DNA of 64,000 nucleotides from a virus (IMGVR_UViG_2654587505_000001:102614-166613); one strand, 5' to 3'. Counted from the first letter of the stretch, positions 1 to 9,457 are shown. Translations and numbers: made by a program. Notes: generated by a model not told the origin, from the letters alone.

Positions 1-96
1 ATTCACATAAAAATGAATGCATCGTATTGAATGGCTTAAAAACGATTGAAGAAGTTCATGAAGATATTTGGAACAAACTTTTGGAATTAGGAGTGG

Positions 97-678
97 TTGA
101 AAATCGAAAATAGAGTTGGAGATTGGATCGAGACATATACAGGTAAAAAACTATATCCTCTTGATCCACGCACAGAAGAGATTTGTATTAAAGATATCGC
201 ACACGCTTTATCCTTAATGACTCGCTTTAATGGTCATGGAAGATATTTTTATTCAGTGGCACAACACAGTTTAAATGTGATGTTCGCCGCTGAGTCAGAT
301 GGACATTCCAAAGACATCCAGTTAAAATGTCTGCTTCATGATGCAAGTGAAGCATATATTGCCGATATCGTTTCACCTGCTAAAAGATTTATGCCAGAAT
401 ATAAGAAAATTGAAGAGCAGTTACAAAACACTATATGGAAAACATTTGGAATAGAAGTAACAGAAGAAGATGAAGAGATTATTAAATTTTATGATTTAGC
501 AATGTTAGGACTAGAAGCAAAAACAATGATGTATTGTAAGAATTGGGATATTACAAATACGTATTTAATTGAATTAAATGAGAAACAGCCTTTAGAAATC
601 ATTAATTTGAAACAGGAAGATATGGAAGTTATTGAAAGTCGATTTTTGAGTGCTTTTAATTATTTGATGCTGCGGTAA
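97..678 (+). CDS. HD-domain phosphohydrolase (YfbR-like 5'-deoxynucleotidase family)
   Basis: RFNGH, YSVAQHS, LLHDASEAY motifs; 3' end overlaps the IS remnant. Confidence 0.85.
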   Translation: MKIENRVGDWIETYTGKKLYPLDPRTEEICIKDIAHALSLMTRFNGHGRYFYSVAQHSLNVMFAAESDGHSKDIQLKCLLHDASEAYIADIVSPAKRFMPEYKKIEEQLQNTIWKTFGIEVTEEDEEIIKFYDLAMLGLEAKTMMYCKNWDITNTYLIELNEKQPLEIINLKQEDMEVIESRFLSAFNYLMLR

Positions 679-809
679 ATATCCTTCAACAGGGATTAAA
701 GTTAGCGTAACAAAATTAACCGTAGGAACTACGGGGATAGCTTGCTAATTCTATTCTCATTAGAGAATATGGTGCAAGAATCCCGCGACTTTAGTCGTGG
801 GAGGTTCAA
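666..809 (+). mobile_element. IS200/IS605 remnant: last tnpB codons, omegaRNA region and right end
   Basis: Reads DAAVNILQQGLKLA* (TnpB C-terminus), then ACCGTAGGAACTACGGGGATAGC, hairpin TCCCGCGACTTTAGTCGTGGGA and terminal TTCAA. Confidence 0.75.
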
Positions 810-911
810 GAAGAAATGTTCTTTGAAATAATTAGGATTTATAAGAGTTTTTAAAGAAGATAAACATAATAAAATTTCGGTTTTATTAGGTATTGTGAGA
901 GGAGAAATTAT

Positions 912-2015
912 TTGAACGGTAAGATTAATAAAGGCGACAATTTAAAGATTATGAAGAAAATTCAAGATAATTACGTTGACTCGTGCATCAGTGATTTTCC
1001 ATATTGGCTTGAGTTTATGGGAAAGTATTGGGACAAAGGAAGTCCTTATGAATGGACTTTACCAAGAGCAAAAGAGCTTTATAGAATTATTAAACCCGGG
1101 GGATATGTTCTAATTTTTGGTCATCCGAAAACAAATCATCGTATGAAATGTGCGTTTGAAGATGTAGGATTTCAGATTGTTGACGAGATTGATTGGTTAT
1201 ATATGACTGGATTTCCTAAGAATCAGGATATCGGAAAATTATTTGACAAACGAGCAGGAGTAGAAAGAGAAATAATTGGTTTTGTTCCAACTTCAAAAGG
1301 AATTCGTCCCGACAGTCATAATCTCATAGGTGATAAATGGGAACACAAAGGTCATCCAATAACAGTGCCAACAACCGAATTAGCAAAACAATGGGACGGT
1401 TGGAAGACAGCGGGATTAAAGCCAGCAAAAGAACCTATTACAATTTTCCAAAAACCGCTTGAAGGCACATATTGCGACAATATTGAGAAGTATGGGTGTG
1501 GTGGGATGAACATTGATGCTTGCCGAATTCCGACTGACGATAAATTGGTTAGGCCGAGCATTCAAAGATTTGACAATGAAGTTTATGGAAAAGGACTTGG
1601 TGCAGGAATACAAGTGGAACCAGAAGGTAGATTTCCGATGAATATCATTACTTTAGACGAATCTATTTGGTTTAGCAAATATGCAAATCCCTTTCCACAG
1701 TGGACGGATCAAGAGCTAAGTAAAAAGACGCAAACCAAAGAAAAGACACTAACAGACGGAACAAAAAACACTCATCCTACAGTTAAACCTGTAGAACTGA
1801 TTAAATGGTTGATTAAACTTGTTACACCTAAAGATGGGGTAACAATTGATATCGCGGCTGGAAGTTGTACTCATGGAGTAGCATGTGAAGAGTTAAACAA
1901 AGAAGGATATAGTCTGAAATGGTGCAATATCGAAATGGACGAAGATGAAAAAGGAAATAGTTTAGGATACATAGATATCGGTAAAAAGAGGTTAATGCAA
2001 TTATTTAATACATAA
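912..2015 (+). CDS. DNA N6-adenine/N4-cytosine methyltransferase (beta class)
   Basis: SDFPY motif IV variant, HPTVKP, DIAAGSCT motif I. Confidence 0.85.
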   Translation: MNGKINKGDNLKIMKKIQDNYVDSCISDFPYWLEFMGKYWDKGSPYEWTLPRAKELYRIIKPGGYVLIFGHPKTNHRMKCAFEDVGFQIVDEIDWLYMTGFPKNQDIGKLFDKRAGVEREIIGFVPTSKGIRPDSHNLIGDKWEHKGHPITVPTTELAKQWDGWKTAGLKPAKEPITIFQKPLEGTYCDNIEKYGCGGMNIDACRIPTDDKLVRPSIQRFDNEVYGKGLGAGIQVEPEGRFPMNIITLDESIWFSKYANPFPQWTDQELSKKTQTKEKTLTDGTKNTHPTVKPVELIKWLIKLVTPKDGVTIDIAAGSCTHGVACEELNKEGYSLKWCNIEMDEDEKGNSLGYIDIGKKRLMQLFNT

Positions 2016-2060
2016 AAAATGTTAATTAAAGTAGATATTTATTGGGTGAGGTGATAGGTA

Positions 2061-2612
2061 ATTGCTAAAACGGAATTAACAACAAAACTTGAAAAATCAA
2101 TTTACAGTACAACAAATAAACAAGGAACGTTCGGCTGCTTTGAAGTTACAATTGGTTGGTTTGGTAACGAAAGAGTTGACTACATTACATATGATACAAA
2201 GAGAATTTGGTGGTGCTATGAAATAAAAGTATCAAAAAGCGATTTCTATAGCAAATCAAAGAAAACCTTTGTTGGACATTTCAACTACTTCGTGATGCCG
2301 AAGGAACTGTACGAAGAAGTCAAGAGTGATATTTCAGAGCATGTAGGCGTTTATGCAGAAGGCAGTTATTCAATCAAAAAGGCTAAGAAGGTTGAATTGG
2401 GCGTTGATGAGCAGATATTAAAGGACTCGATGATTCGATCTTTAGCAAGGGATGTAGAAAAGCTTTTTAGGAGTGAAAATCAATCATATGTAGACAGAAT
2501 GAACCACAGGATTAGAGAATTAGAAAAGGATAGAGATAATTGGCGAGACAAGTATCAGAGATTGATGAATATTGGATATGAGAAATATGGAAGTGGATGG
2601 TATAGAGAGTAA
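2061..2612 (+). CDS. PD-(D/E)XK nuclease-like protein (MmcB-like), probable ATT start
   Basis: Frame open from ATT 2061 behind RBS GAGGTGA; RVDY...YEIKVSKSDF lies upstream of the ORF-track start. Confidence 0.7.
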   Translation: MAKTELTTKLEKSIYSTTNKQGTFGCFEVTIGWFGNERVDYITYDTKRIWWCYEIKVSKSDFYSKSKKTFVGHFNYFVMPKELYEEVKSDISEHVGVYAEGSYSIKKAKKVELGVDEQILKDSMIRSLARDVEKLFRSENQSYVDRMNHRIRELEKDRDNWRDKYQRLMNIGYEKYGSGWYRE

Positions 2613-2635
2613 AATTGATTTTTACGGGGTGAAAT

Positions 2636-2791
2636 ATGGACAATGAAAAGTTTGCAGAAAAGGTAAAATCACTGAGAAAAAATCCAGATGAATACATTAA
2701 ATTTATAGAGGAAAATTTTGGATTTAAGTTGTTATATTATCAAAAACTTTTCTTAAAGTTACTGATGAATAAAAAAATAAAATTCTTATGA
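2636..2791 (+). CDS. Hypothetical 51-aa protein
   Basis: RBS GGGGTGA, MDNEKF...KIKFL*, stop inside junction palindrome. Confidence 0.6.
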   Translation: MDNEKFAEKVKSLRKNPDEYIKFIEENFGFKLLYYQKLFLKLLMNKKIKFL

Positions 2792-2810
2792 AATAGAAGT
2801 TTTATTCATA

Positions 2811-2835
2811 AAAAAATAACCAGATAGAATCTGGT
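2811..2835 (-). terminator. Rho-independent terminator of the minus-strand moron
   Basis: ACCAGAT-AGA-ATCTGGT hairpin followed by a T run on the - strand. Confidence 0.6.
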
Positions 2836-2856
2836 CAGATCAGTAAATAAGTAATT

Positions 2857-3003
2857 CTATTTTTTCTTACCAGATCTAGATTGAGCAAGAGCTGATCCTG
2901 CCAACGATTTAGTTAACGCACTTGTTGACTTGCTACTAAGTGCTTTTGATGCCTTTGTAGAAATAGGATCAGAAGTTACTTTACGAGTACTGCTTTTAGC
3001 CAT
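2857..3003 (-). CDS. Small basic Ser/Lys/Ala-rich 48-aa protein (moron)
   Basis: MAKSSTRKVTSDPISTKASKALSSKSTSALTKSLAGSALAQSRSGKKK; RBS GAGGTGA, own promoter and terminator. Confidence 0.75.
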   Translation of the reverse strand: MAKSSTRKVTSDPISTKASKALSSKSTSALTKSLAGSALAQSRSGKKK

Positions 3004-3042
3004 TTATCATCACCTCAATTCATTCATGACGTTTATAGAAAT

Positions 3043-3109
3043 ATTTTACAACACAATATATAGTGTGTCAACCACTTTTGTTCTTATTTGTTCCTACTAT
3101 ATGTGGTGA
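3043..3109 (-). promoter_or_regulatory. SigA promoter overlapped by tandem NrdR-like boxes
   Basis: TTGACA-17-TAAAAT on - strand; ACACAATATATAGTGT 3051-3066 and CTACTATATGTGGTGA 3094-3109. Confidence 0.7.
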
Positions 3110-3145
3110 TAAAATTACACTTTCATTAGGATCGGAGGTAATCTT

Positions 3146-3352
3146 TTGATTGATTCACTACCTTCAGTATATGCAAAAGATGTACTATTTGATGGGGAAG
3201 TAGATGAATATACTCAAATACTAAATGCTTATCCAATCAGTCATCAAGATTCTATTGAGATTCTTAGATGGGTTGCCAGATTAAAAGGAAATGGATTATC
3301 AAATGATATGATTATTAACCGATTGATGAGAAGGGGGAAGTTTTTGATTTGA
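3146..3352 (+). CDS. Hypothetical phage protein
   Basis: ORF with RBS GGAGGT after junction palindrome. Confidence 0.6.
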   Translation: MIDSLPSVYAKDVLFDGEVDEYTQILNAYPISHQDSIEILRWVARLKGNGLSNDMIINRLMRRGKFLI

Positions 3353-3543
3353 AAATTATCGCAGTAGACAATTTTGGTCGTGAAAGTGTTGCAGATAAAT
3401 TGATTGCCGAAAATGTAAGTGAATATTGGGGTAAATATATTGTTGAGTTAATGAATGATAAACAGCATGACGATAGCTTACATTATTTTAAGCTAGTCAG
3501 TGATGATTATAGACTGTGGAGAGGTATGGAGGAGTTGGTTTGA
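3349..3543 (+). CDS. Hypothetical phage protein
   Basis: Coupled ORF with RBS. Confidence 0.65.
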   Translation: MKIIAVDNFGRESVADKLIAENVSEYWGKYIVELMNDKQHDDSLHYFKLVSDDYRLWRGMEELV

Positions 3544-3545
3544 GT

Positions 3546-3737
3546 ATGTATCTATATGTTAAATTCACAGATACATTTGAAAGATATATAAACATGGTAA
3601 ATGGAATTGATGGAGTTCCTGTTCATGAGCGTGTTGTAAGAGTTAAATTTACAGACGAACAAATTGAATTGTTGCATCCTAGAAAAGTTGGTGTTGATTG
3701 CGGCAAAGATGTCCTTGAATACAGGACATCGATTTAA
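3546..3737 (+). CDS. Hypothetical phage protein
   Basis: RBS GGAG, ATG 3546. Confidence 0.55.
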   Translation: MYLYVKFTDTFERYINMVNGIDGVPVHERVVRVKFTDEQIELLHPRKVGVDCGKDVLEYRTSI

Positions 3738-3793
3738 ACTCAAGAAGAATAGATTACTTTAAAATCGGATTTTTATTGGGAAGTGGATGTAAC

Positions 3794-4021
3794 ATGAAGA
3801 AAGATAAAATTAAAGTTCATTTTTATTGTGGGATGTATCGCGGTGAACCAAAGTGGAGATATGGTTATGATTGGTATAAAGAACCTGAAGAATGTTATAA
3901 CGAAGGTATCATTGAAGTAGATAAAATTGATTGGGAAGAAGAATCTGTTAGTTATATTTGCCCTGAGTGTAAAAATGAATTATATCAATCTGATGGTCAC
4001 TTTGAATTAGTAAGTGAGTAA
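3794..4021 (+). CDS. Hypothetical Zn-ribbon protein
   Basis: CPEC motif; follows palindrome. Confidence 0.6.
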   Translation: MKKDKIKVHFYCGMYRGEPKWRYGYDWYKEPEECYNEGIIEVDKIDWEEESVSYICPECKNELYQSDGHFELVSE

Positions 4022-4081
4022 GATTGAGAATTCTGATTGAGAGGATAACTTTGAAAAAAATGGATGGAGGATGATGTAAAA

Positions 4082-4273
4082 ATGTTGCCTGAACACGAGA
4101 TCAAATATCGAGTTTATTACAAAGACAAAACTAATAATGTTGCATGGTATTCAGACGATTCCGACTATGAATTAGCAGAAAAGAGATATGAATACAAAAT
4201 AAATAATGATGAATATTATGATGTGAAACTTGTTAAAGAAACTATTAATAGAACTGTGTTGAGAGAACAATAA
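4082..4273 (+). CDS. Hypothetical phage protein
   Basis: RBS GGAGGA, stop in palindrome. Confidence 0.6.
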   Translation: MLPEHEIKYRVYYKDKTNNVAWYSDDSDYELAEKRYEYKINNDEYYDVKLVKETINRTVLREQ

Positions 4274-4309
4274 AATGGAAAATTTATAGGAATTGAGGAG
4301 GATTTAAAA

Positions 4310-4558
4310 ATGAGAGATATAATCATTGAGACTGCCAAGAAAAATACTGAAATAAATTCTGCTAATGCTGCTGACCTACACTTACTAAAATTGAAATCTA
4401 TCAAGGATTTAGATTGTGTGAAAGATTTGATGTGTGAATGGGCAGCGGAGTCTTTAGATGATAAAGAAAATAGAAAATGGATTAGACAAGATATTAAAGA
4501 TGGTATCACATTTATCTTTTGGTACGATCAAGAAGGGAAATTGGAATATAGCCGTTGA
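4310..4558 (+). CDS. Hypothetical phage protein
   Basis: RBS GAGGAGG. Confidence 0.65.
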   Translation: MRDIIIETAKKNTEINSANAADLHLLKLKSIKDLDCVKDLMCEWAAESLDDKENRKWIRQDIKDGITFIFWYDQEGKLEYSR

Positions 4559-4568
4559 GGTGGGATTA

Positions 4569-4841
4569 ATGATGAATCCTGAAAATGATAAATTTACTTT
4601 GGATGAGTTAATCGAATTGAAAATCCATATTGAAAATCGAATTCAGCAAATAAAGGACAATATTGCCACGAGTGTACTAAACGATGCTGAAGATCGAATT
4701 ATTCAATATCATAGGAAAAGACTGTCCGAAGCAATGACCAATTTAAGAAGGTTAAAAAAGTTAGGATTTAGTGTAAATTCAGAATTCGACCAAGAAACAA
4801 TTAATATGAGCCAATTAATTATAAATGAAAAATTTGTATAA
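4569..4841 (+). CDS. Hypothetical coiled-coil protein
   Basis: RBS GAGGTG, ATG 4569. Confidence 0.6.
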   Translation: MMNPENDKFTLDELIELKIHIENRIQQIKDNIATSVLNDAEDRIIQYHRKRLSEAMTNLRRLKKLGFSVNSEFDQETINMSQLIINEKFV

Positions 4842-4878
4842 TTTATAAATGGTCTCATTCTCATAGGGAGTTGATGTT

Positions 4879-5073
4879 TTGTTTATTAGAAAGCGCAAAG
4901 TGTTAGATGAAATTGAGGCAATGCGGAACGAGTTATTGCAGCATATTGATACTTGGAGTAAATCAAATAGCGAAGATAAGTGGGAGAGGTTAGATAAGTT
5001 TAGGTTTGCTAGTGATGAACTAGCAGAGTTAGCATACTGGCTTAAACACAATGAACGATATAGACCACGATAA
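4879..5073 (+). CDS. Hypothetical phage protein
   Basis: RBS GGGAG, stop in palindrome. Confidence 0.6.
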   Translation: MFIRKRKVLDEIEAMRNELLQHIDTWSKSNSEDKWERLDKFRFASDELAELAYWLKHNERYRPR

Positions 5074-5108
5074 AAGGCTGATTTTATTGGGAAAGGATAA
5101 ATAAAAAA

Positions 5109-5396
5109 ATGCCAATTGTAACAAAAGACAATACTAAGTATTTACAGTTTGGTTACGGAGACATTTTTGTGGGCGAAGCAAAAGATAGTGAAACAGGCAT
5201 GACTTATGGAGTGGCATTTGTTCTGAGCGAACCAAGAGATATTGGTGCGGAATGGAATGAGGTTAAAGGGTTGACATTAGACCAATTAGATACTCATGTC
5301 ATTATGCAGTTTGATAAAATAGAATCTCTTGATGTGGTAATTGAAACATTGCAGAATATTCGTAAGACAATGCAGATGCAAGATAACGCATACTAA
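5109..5396 (+). CDS. Hypothetical phage protein, paralogue of 6164-6421
   Basis: Shared QxGxGD, GxAF and S(L/I)DxVIxxL patterns. Confidence 0.7.
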   Translation: MPIVTKDNTKYLQFGYGDIFVGEAKDSETGMTYGVAFVLSEPRDIGAEWNEVKGLTLDQLDTHVIMQFDKIESLDVVIETLQNIRKTMQMQDNAY

Positions 5397-5434
5397 TCAA
5401 ATAAATGATGGATTTCATTGGGAAAGGAGATAAT

Positions 5435-5611
5435 ATGAAAAATCGGGAAACTGTAAAGATAGGTTCGTTTCGAGATTTTGATATTTACAAACGAGACGAT
5501 TTGAATATGTATATTAAGTTTCATGAAACAGGCGATGTATACACAATGGGATTTGAAGAAGGCACTTTGATCAAAATTTCCAATTTGCTTAAAGAAAAAA
5601 TCGGTCTATAA
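5435..5611 (+). CDS. Hypothetical phage protein
   Basis: RBS AAGGAG, bracketed by palindromes. Confidence 0.6.
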   Translation: MKNRETVKIGSFRDFDIYKRDDLNMYIKFHETGDVYTMGFEEGTLIKISNLLKEKIGL

Positions 5612-5641
5612 AAGGTAGATTTTATATGGTTGGAGGAAAGT

Positions 5642-5893
5642 ATGATTCATGAATTAAAAACTTGGTCTGAATATTTTCATAAACTTAAAACTGAAGAAAA
5701 AACCTTTGAGGTCAGAAAAAACGATAGAAACTTTAAAGTTGGAGACTTGTTGTTACTTAGAGAGTACAATCCAAATACCGGATATACTAATGAAGTTTGT
5801 TGGCGAAAGATTACATATATTCTCGATGATCCTAATTTCGTCAAAGATGGTTTTGTAATACTTGGGATAAAGAATGCAGAAGTTTTCTTTTAG
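5642..5893 (+). CDS. ASCH/PUA-like (DUF3850) protein
   Basis: HELK...KTFEVRKNDRNFKVGDLLLLREY. Confidence 0.85.
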   Translation: MIHELKTWSEYFHKLKTEEKTFEVRKNDRNFKVGDLLLLREYNPNTGYTNEVCWRKITYILDDPNFVKDGFVILGIKNAEVFF

Positions 5894-5923
5894 TAAATGA
5901 AATTCATTTTCATGGGGTGGGAA

Positions 5924-6130
5924 GTGGTTTATATTAAAACTATTTATATTAAAGCAACGTATAAATCTGGAAGAGTACATTATTTTACAATTAATAATTT
6001 TGATAATTTTCGTTCAGCAATGAATCATATGCTTAAATGCAAATGGAATATATTCGATCATTTTGTAATTAATATTGATGAAGTTGAAACATTTGAAGAA
6101 ACAACAGCCGATAAGCAAATCATTAGTTGA
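5924..6130 (+). CDS. Hypothetical phage protein
   Basis: ORF between palindromes; start GTG 5924 or ATT 5933. Confidence 0.55.
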   Translation: MVYIKTIYIKATYKSGRVHYFTINNFDNFRSAMNHMLKCKWNIFDHFVINIDEVETFEETTADKQIIS

Positions 6131-6163
6131 GCAAATCAAATTTCATATTTATAGGGAGGAAGT

Positions 6164-6421
6164 ATGCAAATTCAATTAGGCAAAGGTGATGTAGCAATTA
6201 TGCTTGCTACAAATGATGAAAATCGGAGTGCTAACGGAATTGCATTTGTTAGAAGAAATGCTGAATATCTGATTGCGGTTGATGTTGACTGCGATGTGAC
6301 GAATGAAGAAATCGAGAATGGAACTTTGGGGTATATATTCTTTAGTAATCCCAAATCGATTGATGCTGTAATTAATCAATTAAACAAACTAAAAGAAAAA
6401 TATGGACAATATATAAAATAA
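6164..6421 (+). CDS. Hypothetical phage protein, paralogue of 5109-5396
   Basis: RBS GGGAGG; shared motifs. Confidence 0.7.
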   Translation: MQIQLGKGDVAIMLATNDENRSANGIAFVRRNAEYLIAVDVDCDVTNEEIENGTLGYIFFSNPKSIDAVINQLNKLKEKYGQYIK

Positions 6422-6479
6422 TAGTTGGTAAATGAAATAGTGTTTTATCTGGATTCATAAGCAGATATGGGAAAGCAGA

Positions 6480-7232
6480 TTAAAAAAGCAAGCGACTTAC
6501 TTCTTTATTTTTGTAATGAAGATAAGATTTTTCTAACATTTCATAATCCCAAAACTGCACGCGGTTTTTTAAATTTCTATATACATTCCATTTAAGTGTT
6601 TCATAAAATAACTTCTCCTTCTTGCGAGGGGCGACAACTACCATCTCAACAGCAAAATTTCTAAGTTCGTTGAATTTATTTAAGGATTTTGAGAAATCGG
6701 TGGTATTCTCAACTTCAAAAATCTTTCTAGGAAAGAGGGTGTCTGTATTTCCATTAAGCCATATTACATCAATGGTTTTAATTCTATTTATAACTTCTTT
6801 GTAAGTAAATTCAGGCAATTTTGTAAAACTTGCCAAATTTTTTAACGGTATATCAATGTATTTTCGGTTTTGATCTTGAGCAGGAACATAGGTTTTATAA
6901 CCTAACATATTCCCTGAAGTGATTAACATTCCTTGATTGTAAGAGTGTAAATTTAACTTAAAATCTTCATTTTGTTTATCATGTTCCATAAGGTTAATTA
7001 CATTATCTGGTAATTTATCTTTAAACTCATTTAAAGCCCAAAGTCCCGGCCTGATCTTAAAAAAATACCTTTGATCTTGAACTATTCTTCTAATGGTCGC
7101 ATCAGGCGTTTTAGTTTTCCAGTTAACATGCTTTACCTGTAAAACTTCTCTGTATAAATCTAATAAAGTGGTATAACCACCTTTTTGTTTCATAACATCA
7201 ATAACTACTTGAGTCTGAGTAATTTTCTTCAT
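6480..7232 (-). CDS. Winged-helix (HARE-HTH-like) plus PD-(D/E)XK restriction-endonuclease-like protein
   Basis: KTPDATIR...FFKIRPGLWAL N-domain; IDVIW...FEVE catalytic pattern. Confidence 0.65.
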   Translation of the reverse strand: MKKITQTQVVIDVMKQKGGYTTLLDLYREVLQVKHVNWKTKTPDATIRRIVQDQRYFFKIRPGLWALNEFKDKLPDNVINLMEHDKQNEDFKLNLHSYNQGMLITSGNMLGYKTYVPAQDQNRKYIDIPLKNLASFTKLPEFTYKEVINRIKTIDVIWLNGNTDTLFPRKIFEVENTTDFSKSLNKFNELRNFAVEMVVVAPRKKEKLFYETLKWNVYRNLKNRVQFWDYEMLEKSYLHYKNKEVSRLLF

Positions 7233-7321
7233 TGTTTTTGCTCCTACAGGAAGAATATGTATATGTAAAACAATATCAAAAAATTAATAAAAATACTAGT
7301 CTATCAATGGAGAGTGTCTAT

Positions 7322-8173
7322 TTGAATAAAAAATATATAAAATCGCCTATGAATTATATTGGGGGAAAATATAAATTACTCCCACAATTACTGCCGCTTT
7401 TTCCTGAAAATATTGGCACATTTGTTGATTTGTTTGCTGGTGGTTGTAATGTAGGAATTAACATTGAAGCCAAAAAAGTGATTTGTAACGATAAGGAACA
7501 AGCTATTATAAATTTATACAATGAGTGCAAGAAACATTCAAGCGAAGTAATGCTAGAAATTTTAGATAAAACAATTAAAAAATATGAACTTTCTAAAACA
7601 AATCAAGAAGGATATTTAAAATTAAGAAACGATTATAATAGTGGGAATAGATCGTGGTATATGTTTTACGCATTACTAACTCATTCCTTCAATAATCAAT
7701 TTCGATTTAATTCTAAAGGCGAATTTAATATGTCTTTTGGGAAAAATAGAAGTAGTTTTAATCCTACTTTAAGACGACATTTTATAGCTTTTGTGAATAT
7801 CTTAAAACAGAAAAATATTGTGTTTACAAATAAAGATTACAAGAAGTTAACTATTGGAAAACTAAAAGAAGGAGACTTTGTATATTGTGATCCGCCATAT
7901 TTAATCACTACAGCAACATATAATGAACAAGGTGGATGGACAGAAAAAGATGAAAAAGAACTATTGTATATGCTTGATTATTTAGATATACATAAAGTTA
8001 AATTTGCTCTATCTAATGTTTTAATACATAAAGGAAAAGAAAATAAAATTTTACAGGAATGGTCAAATAAATATAAAGTGCATAAAATGGATTATAATTA
8101 TGCAAATTGTAATTATCAGTCAAAAATAAAAAATAAAGACAGTACAATTGAAGTTCTTATTACAAATTATTAA
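7322..8173 (+). CDS. Dam/D12-class DNA adenine methyltransferase
   Basis: NYIGGK, DLFAGG, FNxKGEFN, YCDPPY; TTG start behind GGAG. Confidence 0.9.
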   Translation: MNKKYIKSPMNYIGGKYKLLPQLLPLFPENIGTFVDLFAGGCNVGINIEAKKVICNDKEQAIINLYNECKKHSSEVMLEILDKTIKKYELSKTNQEGYLKLRNDYNSGNRSWYMFYALLTHSFNNQFRFNSKGEFNMSFGKNRSSFNPTLRRHFIAFVNILKQKNIVFTNKDYKKLTIGKLKEGDFVYCDPPYLITTATYNEQGGWTEKDEKELLYMLDYLDIHKVKFALSNVLIHKGKENKILQEWSNKYKVHKMDYNYANCNYQSKIKNKDSTIEVLITNY

Positions 8174-8231
8174 AGATAATAAAAATCTGATTTTTATCTG
8201 TTAAAAATAAAATAATTAAGGATGGTGTATT

Positions 8232-8954
8232 TTGAGTAAAAAATTATTGGGAAGCTTAGAGTTAAATAGAGTTTATCAACGAGACACGCTTGAAGGTATG
8301 AAATTGATTCCAGATGAAAGTATTGATTTGACCGTCACCGATCCTCCTTATCTTATGAACTACCGAAGTAATCGGCGGGTTAAGCAAGAAAAATTCGACT
8401 ATATCAAAAACGACAAAGATTCACATGAATTAATTTCTGAATACATAAAAGAATTATACAGAATACATAAAAATGATACGGCTGTTTATATGTTTTGTTC
8501 TTGGCATCATATCGATTTTTTTAAACAAGAATTTGAAAAATATTTTACCTTAAAGAATTTAATTGTATGGAATAAGAACAATCACGGTTCAGGAGATTTA
8601 AAAGGATCATATGCTCCAAAACATGAATTGATTTTGTATGGTCATAAAGGAAGAAGTTTATTCCGTGATAAACGTATTCCCGATGTTATTGATTTTGCAA
8701 AGATTCCAAGTGTCAAATTAACACATCCCACAGAAAAGCCAGTTGGACTTTTAGAAATTTTTATTAAAAATAATAGTGATGAAGGAAATATTGTTTTTGA
8801 TGGTTTTGGGGGAAGTGGTTCGACGTTCGTAGCAGCAAAGAATTTAAAACGAAATTATATTGGATTTGAAATTGAAAAACAGTACATTGAAATGACAAAT
8901 TTGCGTCTTGAATCAGAATATGATGAAGACACTGATTTTAAATTACTAAGCTAA
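8232..8954 (+). CDS. DNA N6A/N4C methyltransferase (beta class)
   Basis: TDPPY, HPTEKP, DGFGGSG. Confidence 0.9.
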   Translation: MSKKLLGSLELNRVYQRDTLEGMKLIPDESIDLTVTDPPYLMNYRSNRRVKQEKFDYIKNDKDSHELISEYIKELYRIHKNDTAVYMFCSWHHIDFFKQEFEKYFTLKNLIVWNKNNHGSGDLKGSYAPKHELILYGHKGRSLFRDKRIPDVIDFAKIPSVKLTHPTEKPVGLLEIFIKNNSDEGNIVFDGFGGSGSTFVAAKNLKRNYIGFEIEKQYIEMTNLRLESEYDEDTDFKLLS

Positions 8955-8992
8955 TAAAGGCAAATTTCATTGGGAGACTTTAGAGAGGGTGA

Positions 8993-9079
8993 TTACAGCA
9001 GCCCCATAAACAGTTTCCAACTAAACCTAAGCTTAAACCTTACAGTCCCAGATTTTGTTTTTTCATATACTATTTCCAT
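8993..9079 (-). CDS. 28-aa peptide on the minus strand
   Basis: RBS AGGAGG, MEIVYEKTKSGTVRFKLRFSWKLFMGLL*, between palindromes 8954 and 9190. Confidence 0.45.
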   Translation of the reverse strand: MEIVYEKTKSGTVRFKLRFSWKLFMGLL

Positions 9080-9220
9080 ATACTCATCATCCTCCTACTA
9101 TAAGAATCGTTTCTTCATTCTATATAGTTGCGAGAGAAGATAATATTACTCGATTTTGGTGTACTGTACTGTTTGTTAATAGAAACTTAATAAAAGAGCG
9201 ATTTTAAGGGGGGTGAAAAT

Positions 9221-9457
9221 TTGAATGAAGATCAAAAGTATAACTATTTCCGAGACAGTTATATTGATTTTATTACCGCTATGTTTAACTGTGAAATTTC
9301 TGCAATGAACGCAGAAAACAAACAACGTGAAGTTCAAGGTGATAGCATGGCTTACATTGAAGAAGATTATTACAAAGTTTCTCGAAGATATAAGATGATT
9401 GTTGATAAATATATTGAGAAAATGAATAAAGATATGAGAAAAATGAAAAGTCTATAA
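9221..9457 (+). CDS. Hypothetical phage protein
   Basis: RBS GGGGGTG; bracketed by palindromes. Confidence 0.65.
   Translation: MNEDQKYNYFRDSYIDFITAMFNCEISAMNAENKQREVQGDSMAYIEEDYYKVSRRYKMIVDKYIEKMNKDMRKMKSL

Noticed and set aside
97-678. DatZ of a 2-aminoadenine (Z-genome) pathway
   Set aside because: No purZ in the window, and adenine methyltransferases are present
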